A stretch of 64,000 nucleotides of DNA, taken from the sequence record NC_061443.1. One strand, given 5' to 3'. The translations under genes were made by a program, and so were the position numbers. The notes below the pieces were generated by a model. That model saw only the letters and a program-made list of their open reading frames with translations, was not told the DNA's origin and made no database searches. Below, piece after piece: positions 46,743 to 55,513 of this stretch; position 1 is the first letter of the stretch; each line of letters begins with the position of its first letter.

Positions 46743-48012
46743 TCACGTATTCAACCACGACGAGAAGCAATTGCTCCTGAATGTGGCTGAGACTCGATAT
46801 CTGGTGCGGCTTGATTGCCCTGAGTATTTGAAGAAGTCAAAACACTCGATTGAAATTCGCCATACAGTTACCAACCGTGGTGAGCAACGTCGAAGCGGTG
46901 TTGTTAACACAACGTTTGTGCCGCGTATTCACGCCTCAACTGTGCAGCGCCTGTTACGTGAAATACGTGACAACGCAACTGTCAGTTCGGCAAACAGTCT
47001 GGCTGCATTGTTTGAGCTGGGACTTGGTGTGCCGAAGCAACGTGATATCGCAACGTACCTGCGTGACTACTCTCGGGAGAACGATAAGAAAGGCGTGGGT
47101 ATCAAGTATATCCGCAAGCTGGTAAATGAGTATCACCGCAAGCACCGCCATAGTTTTGCGGGTAGTCGCTGGATGATGCCTGCCGCTTACACGGCGAACT
47201 TGCTGAACATGCAGTCCTTCATTCATCTGAAAGAAGACGGCTATAGCAAGAAAGTGAAAGTGCCTGACGGTCTGCCTGTTGTTCTGATCTATCATAACAC
47301 GAACCACGCCGAGTCTGAGTTCTCTCTGTGTGACGCATTCGCTATTAGCCCGCTGGGTTATCCTATGCCATTCGCCCAGATTGCTCTACGCCCAGAGTTC
47401 AAAGCTGTGCCGAAGACGTTTCAATCTAAAGCGCTGCGTGGGCAAGGCATGTACAGCATGGTGATGGGCATTGTTCACTGGGCAAAGGGCGATGCGCTGA
47501 CGAACGTCCGTGAGCTAAACGCTATCGACGATGACCCGTACCTGACGTTGCTTGCAAGTGACCAGTATGCTGATCGTCGTTCGCCTGAGTATCAAGAACT
47601 GCTGGACAAACGCGCTGCATTCGCTGAACAGCGCCATGAGTGGACAGAAGTGCTTGCGAAGTATGGCAACACAACACGTACACTCAAGCCTAAGCAGTTA
47701 GAACGATTGGCGCAGGCAGAAGACTTCTTCAAAGAACGTAAATCGTTTATGGACGAGTTTGATAAGTTCGAGAAGAAAGAGAACCACCACGCTGCTAAGA
47801 AGTTCGCAGTAGCCAGTGCGCAATTCGCTGCCGTTGACTGTGGTACCATCGCTGACCGTTCAACGTATATGTCCGTTGCTTCTGGCCTCGACAAGGTACA
47901 CAAGATTCTCACGAAGTGGGGATTCACCACGGTCGATACTGTTAATAGTAGTTTGAAGAAATCAATCCTTACATTCGACCCAACAACCGCTACTCGCGTG
48001 TGGTCACTGTAA
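46732..48012 (+). CDS. putative GNAT-fold acetyltransferase with insertions and a Sel1-like repeat
   Basis: IALRPEF-(12 aa)-RGQGMYSMVM resembles motif A; HKILTKWGF resembles motif B; NSLAALFELGLGVPKQRDIA is Sel1-like. CDS certain, function tentative. Confidence 0.5.
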   Translation: MFYDHVFNHDEKQLLLNVAETRYLVRLDCPEYLKKSKHSIEIRHTVTNRGEQRRSGVVNTTFVPRIHASTVQRLLREIRDNATVSSANSLAALFELGLGVPKQRDIATYLRDYSRENDKKGVGIKYIRKLVNEYHRKHRHSFAGSRWMMPAAYTANLLNMQSFIHLKEDGYSKKVKVPDGLPVVLIYHNTNHAESEFSLCDAFAISPLGYPMPFAQIALRPEFKAVPKTFQSKALRGQGMYSMVMGIVHWAKGDALTNVRELNAIDDDPYLTLLASDQYADRRSPEYQELLDKRAAFAEQRHEWTEVLAKYGNTTRTLKPKQLERLAQAEDFFKERKSFMDEFDKFEKKENHHAAKKFAVASAQFAAVDCGTIADRSTYMSVASGLDKVHKILTKWGFTTVDTVNSSLKKSILTFDPTTATRVWSL

Positions 48013-48038
48013 ACACAACTTATCTGAGGAGATAACGC

Positions 48039-51000
48039 ATGTCTGACAATAACCTGGGCGCTGCTGCAACATTCGGCTCTGAGACTCAAAAGCAATTAAA
48101 CGACCAACAGCGTCGTGCGCATTCTGCTGAGTCCGGCCACGTAAACAAATGTACCATCGTCGTGCTGACTGCGCTTAACGCGCACGGCCGCTTCTCTTTC
48201 CTGACCTCTGACGAGCAACTGCGTGAACGGTCCATCGAAGGTAAAGTGATGGACCGTCTGCCGGATCTGATTGGACGTGCATCAGGCCCGTCTACTGACC
48301 CGAACAGCGCGTACCACATTCTGCATCCGAACAACGGCGTGCCAACTCGCATTGACGAGCGCATCAAAGTTGGCGAAGCGGATTCGGTCATCATTTCATA
48401 TACTGTAAATAAAGCAGTGTCAGAGATGTATGGCAGTTTATCGCTGGCGCTGTTTAGTGCTGGTGAAAGTGATATCGCTGATTTGGCGGCTGAGTTTGGT
48501 ATTCACTCCATCTCAATCGTTGAAGAAGCGAAAGCGCCTGACTATATCAAAGCTCTTACTGAACAGGTAGAAGCTCTGAATATTGTAAATCTCACTAGCA
48601 TTGATGAAACTGACGGTGCTTTTGAGAAACCAGTAATCGACTACAGCATCCTGCCGGGTAACCCAATCAACGTACTGTCCGGCGCTGTGCGTACTTTCAT
48701 TATGCAAACTCTAAACGGCGAAGTATTCGCTGCGATTCCAAATAACGGAGAACTGAACGTGAAACAACCTACTAACGCAACGCCGGTCAATCTGGACGAA
48801 GACTTCGACGCAGAAGACGAAGTGATTGATCAGCAGGGCGGCGAAAGCGACGAAGACGAAGTGACAGGCACTGACCTGTTTGGCTATAAGGCCGAAACGC
48901 TGACCGTCGCGCAAATGACAGAAGCTCTTGAAGCTCTGTCGTATGATGTTAGCGCGATGGACGAAGCTGGCATCCGTGAGTCGTTCGAAACTGAACAGCA
49001 AATCTGGATGGAAGGTAACGACGAAGCTGGCTCTGACGATGAAGGCGAAGAAGAAGAAGACGCCGAAGAAGACGGCGAAGAGGAAGAAGAAGATGAAGAT
49101 TCTGACTTCGACCCTTCACTGTATCTCGGCCACCTGCTGTCTGCTGACCAGCTTGATCGCACGGCGCTGAAAGTCCTGGTTCGCACTCAGGACCTGAAAG
49201 TCATGAAGTCTGACACCGAAGAAACTCTGACGGCGAAACTGCTGGAGCTGGTTGAAGGTGCGACTGAGCAGGAAATGGCTGAACTGATCGACACCTTCGT
49301 TGCTGCGCTGCAAGAGCGTGAGATCGATTGTCCGAACCTGCTGGCCGCTCTGGCGTCTGATGAAGACGAAGAAGAAGACGGCGAAGAAGAGGAAGATGAA
49401 GACGATTCTGAGGAAGAAGATTCCGAAGAAGACTCTGATGATTCTCAATCTGTGCAGGACCAGATCGATGCAGTGACTGACCCGCTCGATTACTTCCTGT
49501 TCCCTGGCGGTTCCCTGACTGCTGAACAGCGTTCTGCTGCTGTCGAAGCGATGGGCGAAGATGTTGCTGGACTGAACATCGTTCAGGTAATGAAAGCGTT
49601 CTCTCGCATCCAGGCGCAGTCTAACGAAATCGACGTTGACGCAGAAGAAAGCGAAAGCAACGTTGCTGAACTCGAAGCGCTGCTGGGCCAGTACGACGAT
49701 GCTACCGTACAGCACATTGCAGAAAGCCTGGGCGTTAACGTTGACGAATGCGAAAGCGTTGACGATATGATCGAAGCGATTGTTAGCGGCGGCACCGAAG
49801 ACCAGTTCGCTGCGGTTGAAGAAATCGCAACTAACTACGGCATTGACCTGTCCGAAGTTGCAGAAGGCGAAGACCTGGAGTTTGTTGACGCGCTGCTGGC
49901 TGTGCTGCCTGCGTTCTTGTCTGACGACGAGCAGGACGAAGAAGCCGAAGAGTCTGATGAAGACGAAGCGGAAGAAGACGGTGAAGACGACACCGATGAA
50001 GAAGACGAAGGCGACCATGAAGTGATTGATGCTTCTGAAAACGAAAACCTGCGCTTCATCAAAGCTGTCGATACTGAAAACGCTGTCGGCACGTTGCTTG
50101 CTGTTGACATGGACCAGACTGTCGTTATCAACTTCACTCTGACTGACGGCGATACCTACGCTGCTGTAGAATCTGAGCTGTCTGATATCAACGGCTTCAA
50201 CTACCGCTTCCCGTTCAACCTGGGTAAAGCGTCTAAAGGTACTGCGCCAGGTTCAATGCTGCTGCCAGCTCAATCTCTGCTGGACATTGTTGAGCGCGTT
50301 AACACTACCCGCTTCCTCGCCGACCCTAAAACGTTCGACGTCGGTGCGTGGGCTGAAAGTCTGGAAGCAACGCTGGCAGAAGAAATCCCTGTCGCGCTGT
50401 ATGCTGATCGTATCGAAGACGGTATGGACCCAAGCGAAGCCGGTCTGGTTGTTGGTGACTTCCTCGACGAAGAAGAACTGGCTGCTGCCGCTGACCTGGG
50501 CCACATCGACGAAGACGAAGCTGCTGAACTGAACGGTGACCATCTGCCACTGGCAAGCCTGTACAACGCCCGCTCTCGCGTTCGTCCTGTGCAAGTTGAT
50601 ACCGCTTATGTTGCTCTGCACACCACAGTGATGAACATCGCACTGCCGGGCTTCTGGAGCGAAGCGCCAGTACAGCGTATGATTCAGGCCGCAGTTAATC
50701 GCGTTATCAATCTGGCGGAAAGCGTTGAAGGCATTAAAGTGTACGCAGCATTCACTCTGGAATCTGCCGCACTGCTGAACAACGGCCGTCTGTTTGAAGC
50801 GCTGTCAACTCTGCGTGAGTTCGAAAACGTCCAGTCTTACTCTGCTGCTGATGCCGCAAACTTCGACGATGCAGAAGATGTGATCGAAGTAGCTGGCTCA
50901 CTCGACTCTCGTGACCTGCCGCTGTCTGTACTGGCTGGTGGTCTGGCTGGTGCAACGTTCGACAACGGCGGCGACCTGACGATTCTGGTTCCGTGCTTCA

Positions 51001-51053
51001 CGCAGGAAGAAGAATCAGACGAAGAAGAAGGCGACGACGGCGACGACGAATAA
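48039..51053 (+). CDS. 1004-aa extremely acidic scaffold protein with several Rho-N/HEH-like helical modules
   Basis: Multiple D/E runs separated by modules such as LTVAQMTEALEAL, LDRTALKVLVRTQDL, YDDATVQHIAESLGV..DDMIEAIV. Confidence 0.9.
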   Translation: MSDNNLGAAATFGSETQKQLNDQQRRAHSAESGHVNKCTIVVLTALNAHGRFSFLTSDEQLRERSIEGKVMDRLPDLIGRASGPSTDPNSAYHILHPNNGVPTRIDERIKVGEADSVIISYTVNKAVSEMYGSLSLALFSAGESDIADLAAEFGIHSISIVEEAKAPDYIKALTEQVEALNIVNLTSIDETDGAFEKPVIDYSILPGNPINVLSGAVRTFIMQTLNGEVFAAIPNNGELNVKQPTNATPVNLDEDFDAEDEVIDQQGGESDEDEVTGTDLFGYKAETLTVAQMTEALEALSYDVSAMDEAGIRESFETEQQIWMEGNDEAGSDDEGEEEEDAEEDGEEEEEDEDSDFDPSLYLGHLLSADQLDRTALKVLVRTQDLKVMKSDTEETLTAKLLELVEGATEQEMAELIDTFVAALQEREIDCPNLLAALASDEDEEEDGEEEEDEDDSEEEDSEEDSDDSQSVQDQIDAVTDPLDYFLFPGGSLTAEQRSAAVEAMGEDVAGLNIVQVMKAFSRIQAQSNEIDVDAEESESNVAELEALLGQYDDATVQHIAESLGVNVDECESVDDMIEAIVSGGTEDQFAAVEEIATNYGIDLSEVAEGEDLEFVDALLAVLPAFLSDDEQDEEAEESDEDEAEEDGEDDTDEEDEGDHEVIDASENENLRFIKAVDTENAVGTLLAVDMDQTVVINFTLTDGDTYAAVESELSDINGFNYRFPFNLGKASKGTAPGSMLLPAQSLLDIVERVNTTRFLADPKTFDVGAWAESLEATLAEEIPVALYADRIEDGMDPSEAGLVVGDFLDEEELAAAADLGHIDEDEAAELNGDHLPLASLYNARSRVRPVQVDTAYVALHTTVMNIALPGFWSEAPVQRMIQAAVNRVINLAESVEGIKVYAAFTLESAALLNNGRLFEALSTLREFENVQSYSAADAANFDDAEDVIEVAGSLDSRDLPLSVLAGGLAGATFDNGGDLTILVPCFTQEEESDEEEGDDGDDE

Positions 51054-51078
51054 TATCTCGTCTAGCGTGTAACTGAAT

Positions 51079-51108
51079 GGGTGGCTCGAAAGGGCCACTC
51101 ACTTTTTT
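51079..51108 (+). terminator. Rho-independent terminator
   Basis: GGGTGGCTC-GAAA-GGGCCACTC then TTTTTT. Confidence 0.85.
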
Positions 51109-51122
51109 GGGGATCTGTAAAC

Positions 51123-51944
51123 ATGACTCAAGAAGTAGACCACAGCGCTAACATCGTTAAGATGGTAAGTGACCGTGATGATAAAATCCGAGAGCTGTCT
51201 ACCAACCTTTCAGTGACTACTGGTCGCAAGGAAGATGCCGAAGCTGAACTGCGTGAACTGTCGCTTGACCATCTGGCACTCAAAATCAAGCTGCGTAGCC
51301 GCGAACGTGAACACGCCTCTGAGATTGCGTTGCTCGATGAACGCATCCGTGAAGTTGTTGGTTTCTGCAACGAGCAAACAGTCGAAGTAAAGAACATTCG
51401 AACTGAACTCGAATCTGTAAAACAAAAGAGTGAACCGGCTGCTGCCCTGCCTTTCATCATGCAAATGATAATGTCTGCTGGTGTAGCGCACTACCATGCG
51501 ATTATCGCACAATGCGCTTTCGCTACTGTTAATCGTGCAACAAATAAAGTTGCTCGTGAACTGCGTGAAATTTATGATAACGATAATGTAGTGAAGCATC
51601 CTTCGCTTTATCGTGCCGCGGTTCGAATGTGTAACCAGCTTGGTGTTTCACCTCCACCACGCACTGACATGTTGGCGGAACTTCAAGAGTACGTGGCTCA
51701 GAACATCGACCTGTACACGAAAGACCCGCAGTACGCTGCGTCTGAATCGGCCCTGCGCCAGATTATCGCTGCGAAGAATAATGCCGCACATTATGGCGCT
51801 TACGGCCGTGATGTGTATCAGATGTTCGACTGGCTCCCAGCATTGACTGCCTGCCTGGACGACATTGAAGATGACTACAACGATTTGGTGGAACAGTCGC
51901 TCTATCAAGTCTGTCGTAATCTGATTAACGATAGCTTTTCATAA
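51123..51944 (+). CDS. coiled-coil protein
   Basis: Heptad-rich N-terminal half; ATG 51123. Confidence 0.8.
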   Translation: MTQEVDHSANIVKMVSDRDDKIRELSTNLSVTTGRKEDAEAELRELSLDHLALKIKLRSREREHASEIALLDERIREVVGFCNEQTVEVKNIRTELESVKQKSEPAAALPFIMQMIMSAGVAHYHAIIAQCAFATVNRATNKVARELREIYDNDNVVKHPSLYRAAVRMCNQLGVSPPPRTDMLAELQEYVAQNIDLYTKDPQYAASESALRQIIAAKNNAAHYGAYGRDVYQMFDWLPALTACLDDIEDDYNDLVEQSLYQVCRNLINDSFS

Positions 51945-52697
51945 TCTGTAAAAGTTACCTGTAATCGAATCTGTAAACACTAATTGAAGTTCGAACCGAG
52001 CAACAAGCTCACACTTATAAATCCCGGAGCATTACAATGGCTAAAGCATCAAAGACTTCCCTGGTACCTACCCTGGTTTCTCGCATCGCTAAAAAATCTG
52101 GCTCTATCGGTACTTCTAAAGTTAAGCCTTCTGAACTGCCGCACGATATCCTGATCGAAACGGTACAGGCTGTTGAGCTGATTGGTTTCATCACCGACCG
52201 CACTGAAAACAGCGTTACCATTCGTCACAAACGCGGTCATGGTTCTTCTGCGCAAGTTGTTTCTACCTTCGGTCCGAACCAAATCCTGTCTGTGCTGGGT
52301 GAAGCTGGTGGTCACGGTAGCGTAATTGCTCTGATCAACGCGCCGGTTCGTGAGTACAAAGGCTTCAACGTTAAATACAAAGGCGCGACCATCGTTGCTA
52401 CCTCTGTTGAGACTGGCGAAGTAGTTGAAGTGAACACCGCACTGCCTGGCTTTACCGTTCGTTCAACTGTGAACGAAACTGCTGCTGCTAAAAAGTACGG
52501 CACGCCTGCTCCGACCAAAGCTAAAAAGCTGGACAAAGGCGACAAAGCTGGTAAGCCTGCGAAAGCGGTAAAGAAAGCAAAAAAGTAAGTAAGTCTGACG
52601 AAGACTTCTAACTTTCGAAATCTGTAAATATTAAGTATGCAGCGAGATAAAAATGTTTCGCTGCCTGTCTCTCGAAATCTGTAAACATTAATTGAAG
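51944..52697 (+). promoter_or_regulatory. Class-2 motif (TCGAA)ATCTGTAAA(C/T)A(C/T)TAA, four copies; candidate phage-specific late/middle promoter
   Basis: Copies at 51944, 51969, 52620, 52677; AATCTGTAAACAyTAATTGAAG at 51968 and 52676 differ by one base; also at 51113 and 59466. Confidence 0.65.
52037..52588 (+). CDS. basic protein: beta-rich core with K/A-rich tails
   Basis: High-expression codons; ends KAKKLDKGDKAGKPAKAVKKAKK. Confidence 0.85.
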   Translation: MAKASKTSLVPTLVSRIAKKSGSIGTSKVKPSELPHDILIETVQAVELIGFITDRTENSVTIRHKRGHGSSAQVVSTFGPNQILSVLGEAGGHGSVIALINAPVREYKGFNVKYKGATIVATSVETGEVVEVNTALPGFTVRSTVNETAAAKKYGTPAPTKAKKLDKGDKAGKPAKAVKKAKK

Positions 52698-52732
52698 CAA
52701 CATCGCTTCTAATCAAACAGGAAATAAATATC

Positions 52733-53542
52733 ATGGCAAAAGCTAAAGCAACCGCAAATACCGCAGCAACCGTTCTGGCTAAAATGCTGGGCGTCGTAGT
52801 CGAAAACGCCAGCGCTGCTGACATTGCAGCAATCCTGAAAGAAGCCGGTCTGACTGTTGTTGGCGGTAAAGTTGTTAAAGCTGAAAAAGGCGGTAAAGCT
52901 GCTAAAGGCAAAAAGGCCAAAGCACCTACCGTTGCTGAAATCGTCGCTGCTGTTAAGGACGAAGAAGAACTGGACATCTCTGCTGTAAGCGAAGATGATC
53001 TGCGCGCCGCAGTTGTTAAAGCGAAGCTGTCCACCGCTAAGAAAGCAAAAGCGCTGGACGAAGACGAACTGCGCGAACTGCTGAACGATAGCCTGGGTGG
53101 CGAGTCCGAAGAGGACGACGAAGAAGAAGAGGACGAAGACGAAGACGAGGACGAAGACGACTCGGACGACGAAGAAGACGGCGACGACGAAGACGAAGAC
53201 GAAGACGAAGACGGCGACGACGACTCGGATGATGAAGACGAGGACGAAGACGACGAAGACGACGAAGACGGCGACGACGAAGACGAAGACGAGGACGAAG
53301 ACGAGGACGAAGATGACGAGGACGAAGATGAACTCGACCTCGACGCACTCGACAAGAAAGAGCTGTTAGCTCTCGTCCTCGAACATAAGCTGGCGCCGGC
53401 TAAGAAAGCCAAGAAAATGGACGAAGATGAACTGCGCGAACTCTGCGAAGAACATTTCGGCGGCGAAGACGACGAAGACGAAGACGAAGATGAAGACGAC
53501 GAAGACTTCGACGACGAAGACGAAGACGAAGACGACGAATAA
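52733..53542 (+). CDS. K/A-rich N-terminus plus two HEH-like modules embedded in poly-D/E tracts
   Basis: DISAVSEDDLRAAVVKAKLSTAKKAKALDEDELRELL and DLDALDKKELLALVLEHKLAPAKKAKKMDEDELRELC. Confidence 0.9.
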   Translation: MAKAKATANTAATVLAKMLGVVVENASAADIAAILKEAGLTVVGGKVVKAEKGGKAAKGKKAKAPTVAEIVAAVKDEEELDISAVSEDDLRAAVVKAKLSTAKKAKALDEDELRELLNDSLGGESEEDDEEEEDEDEDEDEDDSDDEEDGDDEDEDEDEDGDDDSDDEDEDEDDEDDEDGDDEDEDEDEDEDEDDEDEDELDLDALDKKELLALVLEHKLAPAKKAKKMDEDELRELCEEHFGGEDDEDEDEDEDDEDFDDEDEDEDDE

Positions 53543-53594
53543 GTCCTGATCTGAACCGGCCTGCCCCTCTAGTTCTAACGAATGAGCGAGGGGC

Positions 53595-53624
53595 AAATAA
53601 TCGAAAAAAATATCTCGATTATTT
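53595..53624. repeat. 10-bp inverted repeat AAATAATCGA-N10-TCGATTATTT in AT-rich intergenic region
   Basis: Read directly; upstream of the H1-like gene. Confidence 0.8.
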
Positions 53625-53760
53625 TCGTAAAAAGTTTTAAAATTCCTGTTGTTGTATGTTGAACATAATAATGTATGACTACAGGAAAACAAACCTGAAT
53701 AAATTTATCTTTTCATCCAGCGGTGAAAACGCCGCATCAAATATAAAGTAAGGAAATATC

Positions 53761-54288
53761 ATGTCTAAGAAAGCAATCAGCGGCCTGAACAAAGAAATCC
53801 GCGCAATCGAAAAATCTGAAAAAGCTCTGGCCAAAACCGCTGGCGAGATCACTAAGCAAGCTGAAAGCCTGTCTGAGCGTCGTGCTGGTCTGACTGCACA
53901 AGTTGAAGCGTTGCAGAACGACGGCGCCGCTCCGGCTAAAGCTCCGAAAGCAAAAGCGGCTAAAGCAGAGAAAGCTGCTAAGCCTGCCAAAGCTGAAAAA
54001 GCTGGTAAGAAAGCTAAAGCTGAAAAGGCTGAGAAGCCTGCTAAAGCTGAGAAGGCCGGTAAGAAAGCTAAAGCAGAGAAAGCTGAGAAGCCTGCTAAAG
54101 CTGACAAGAAAGCTAAAGGCGCCAAAGCTGAAAAGCCAGCTAAAGCAGAAAAAGCTGGTAAGAAAGCGAAAGCTGAAAAAGCTGCTAAGCCTGAAAAAGC
54201 TGGCAAGAAAGTGAAAGGCGACAAGGCTGCTAAAGCCGGTAAGAAAAGCAAAAAAGAAGCCGAAGACTTCGACTTCGATATGGAATAA
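53761..54288 (+). CDS. histone H1-like (AlgP/Hc2-type composition) DNA-binding protein with N-terminal coiled coil
   Basis: About 4-5 imperfect 18-aa repeats KAEKAxKPAKAEKAGKKA (54-bp period); acidic tail EAEDFDFDME. Confidence 0.85.
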   Translation: MSKKAISGLNKEIRAIEKSEKALAKTAGEITKQAESLSERRAGLTAQVEALQNDGAAPAKAPKAKAAKAEKAAKPAKAEKAGKKAKAEKAEKPAKAEKAGKKAKAEKAEKPAKADKKAKGAKAEKPAKAEKAGKKAKAEKAAKPEKAGKKVKGDKAAKAGKKSKKEAEDFDFDME

Positions 54289-54321
54289 GCAAGCGCCGCG
54301 CATTAGCGGTACTTGATTCGA

Positions 54322-54352
54322 AAGGGCAGCGCCGACGGGCGTTTGCCCTTTT
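54322..54352 (+). terminator. Rho-independent terminator
   Basis: AAGGGCAGCGCC..GGGCGTTTGCCCTTTT. Confidence 0.85.
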
Positions 54353-54385
54353 GTCATATCTGTCTCGAAATTTGAGGATAATCGA

Positions 54386-54868
54386 ATGTCTGCCGAACAT
54401 CTGCTTAACGACGACCTGCCTGACGACTCCACAGTTGTCCCTGTCCTTAAACAGGACAAGCCTTCCTACTACGACTTGATGACGCTACGCTTAGAAGCTG
54501 GCTCTCGTCTTGCTCGCGCTCTCAAAACTCTGGTCGATGCGCATGTCATTAACGGACCTGCCCTGAAAGATCTTCTTCCTGCCGCGTTGCGTATCTCTGA
54601 AACTCACTGGGCTGATATATGCAACGGCTTAACTCCTATCCACGACGAGAACAATAAAATCACGCTTGTCGGTAACCTGCCTGCTTGCATTGAAGCGTTT
54701 CGCATTGTTGTAATGGAACATGCTCAACGTAACGCACTGGAACTGGAGTGCCGCAACATGATTAGCCACGCAGAAGGTTTCAAAATTCTGACCCAGCCTC
54801 AAACACTACAGATTGAGCCACTACACTTCTGCGATGGAACCTGCGACCATGACACAAAAACTGTCTGA
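54386..54868 (+). CDS. hypothetical protein
   Basis: GAGGA RBS. Confidence 0.75.
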   Translation: MSAEHLLNDDLPDDSTVVPVLKQDKPSYYDLMTLRLEAGSRLARALKTLVDAHVINGPALKDLLPAALRISETHWADICNGLTPIHDENNKITLVGNLPACIEAFRIVVMEHAQRNALELECRNMISHAEGFKILTQPQTLQIEPLHFCDGTCDHDTKTV

Positions 54869-55379
54869 GCAAATCAACCGCTATTTTAATCTCATGGAGA
54901 AAATCCGTGAGCAACTCTTTCGTGTGCTGAACGTGTCCGATCGCTACCTGTGCATCGTGAGCTTTAACACCCAGCATCAGGCAATGCAGTGCGACCTAGT
55001 TAGTCGTGAGAGCCTGCTGCCCGCCAAGCTACTCGAAGGTCTTAGTGGTCAGGAGCTTGTAGTGTACGGCACCATTACTGCCCAGATTGAGAAATGGGTA
55101 GCAGACGGTATGAGCGACGACTTCCCGATTACGCAAGATGCCGATACCTACGCGCAGTATCGCAAGCTGGTGGACCCTGAGCAAGAGCCTGCTATCTCTG
55201 ACGCTGACTTGGCAGAGCATGTTGCTTCACTGCCTAAGTCTGACGCCCTGAAGTATGTTGACCCTCTGAGTAAGTATGAGCTGTCTATCATCTGCAAAGC
55301 GTGGGGACTCGCTCAAGATGTTAGTGAGTCTGTCATGCTGTCTCTCATTAAAGGTCACATTCTGCGCCGCGCTCCCTAA
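54849..55379 (+). CDS. hypothetical protein with C-terminal SAP/HEH-like motif
   Basis: VDPLSKYELSIICKAWGLAQDVSESVMLSLIKGHI. Confidence 0.7.
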   Translation: MTQKLSEQINRYFNLMEKIREQLFRVLNVSDRYLCIVSFNTQHQAMQCDLVSRESLLPAKLLEGLSGQELVVYGTITAQIEKWVADGMSDDFPITQDADTYAQYRKLVDPEQEPAISDADLAEHVASLPKSDALKYVDPLSKYELSIICKAWGLAQDVSESVMLSLIKGHILRRAP

Positions 55380-55383
55380 CTCA

Positions 55384-55442
55384 AACTCTGCATATTTCTG
55401 GACAGAACGTGGGTAGCGTCTAATACTAAAGTGTGATATAAT
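55384..55442 (+). promoter_or_regulatory. Class-1 phage promoter for topoisomerase genes
   Basis: AACTCTGCATATTTCTGGACAGAA..TGaTATAAT, spacing 36. Confidence 0.8.
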
Positions 55443-55513
55443 AAGCGTAGGACAAGTAGTGTCTGCATATGCTAATATCGAGTAGTAATGCTACTCATTA
55501 GGAGAACACGAAA

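Noticed and set aside
42070-54288. PhiKZ-type nuclear shell (ChmA) or PhuZ tubulin
   Set aside because: No tubulin GGGTGSG motif or recognisable shell protein in this window
49116-54459. Poly-Ser/Phe/Arg ORFs on the minus strand or alternate frames (49116-50018, 52312-53412, 53037-53348, 53097-53369, 53679-54251, 53737-54459)
   Set aside because: Frame and strand artefacts of D/E and K/A repeat coding
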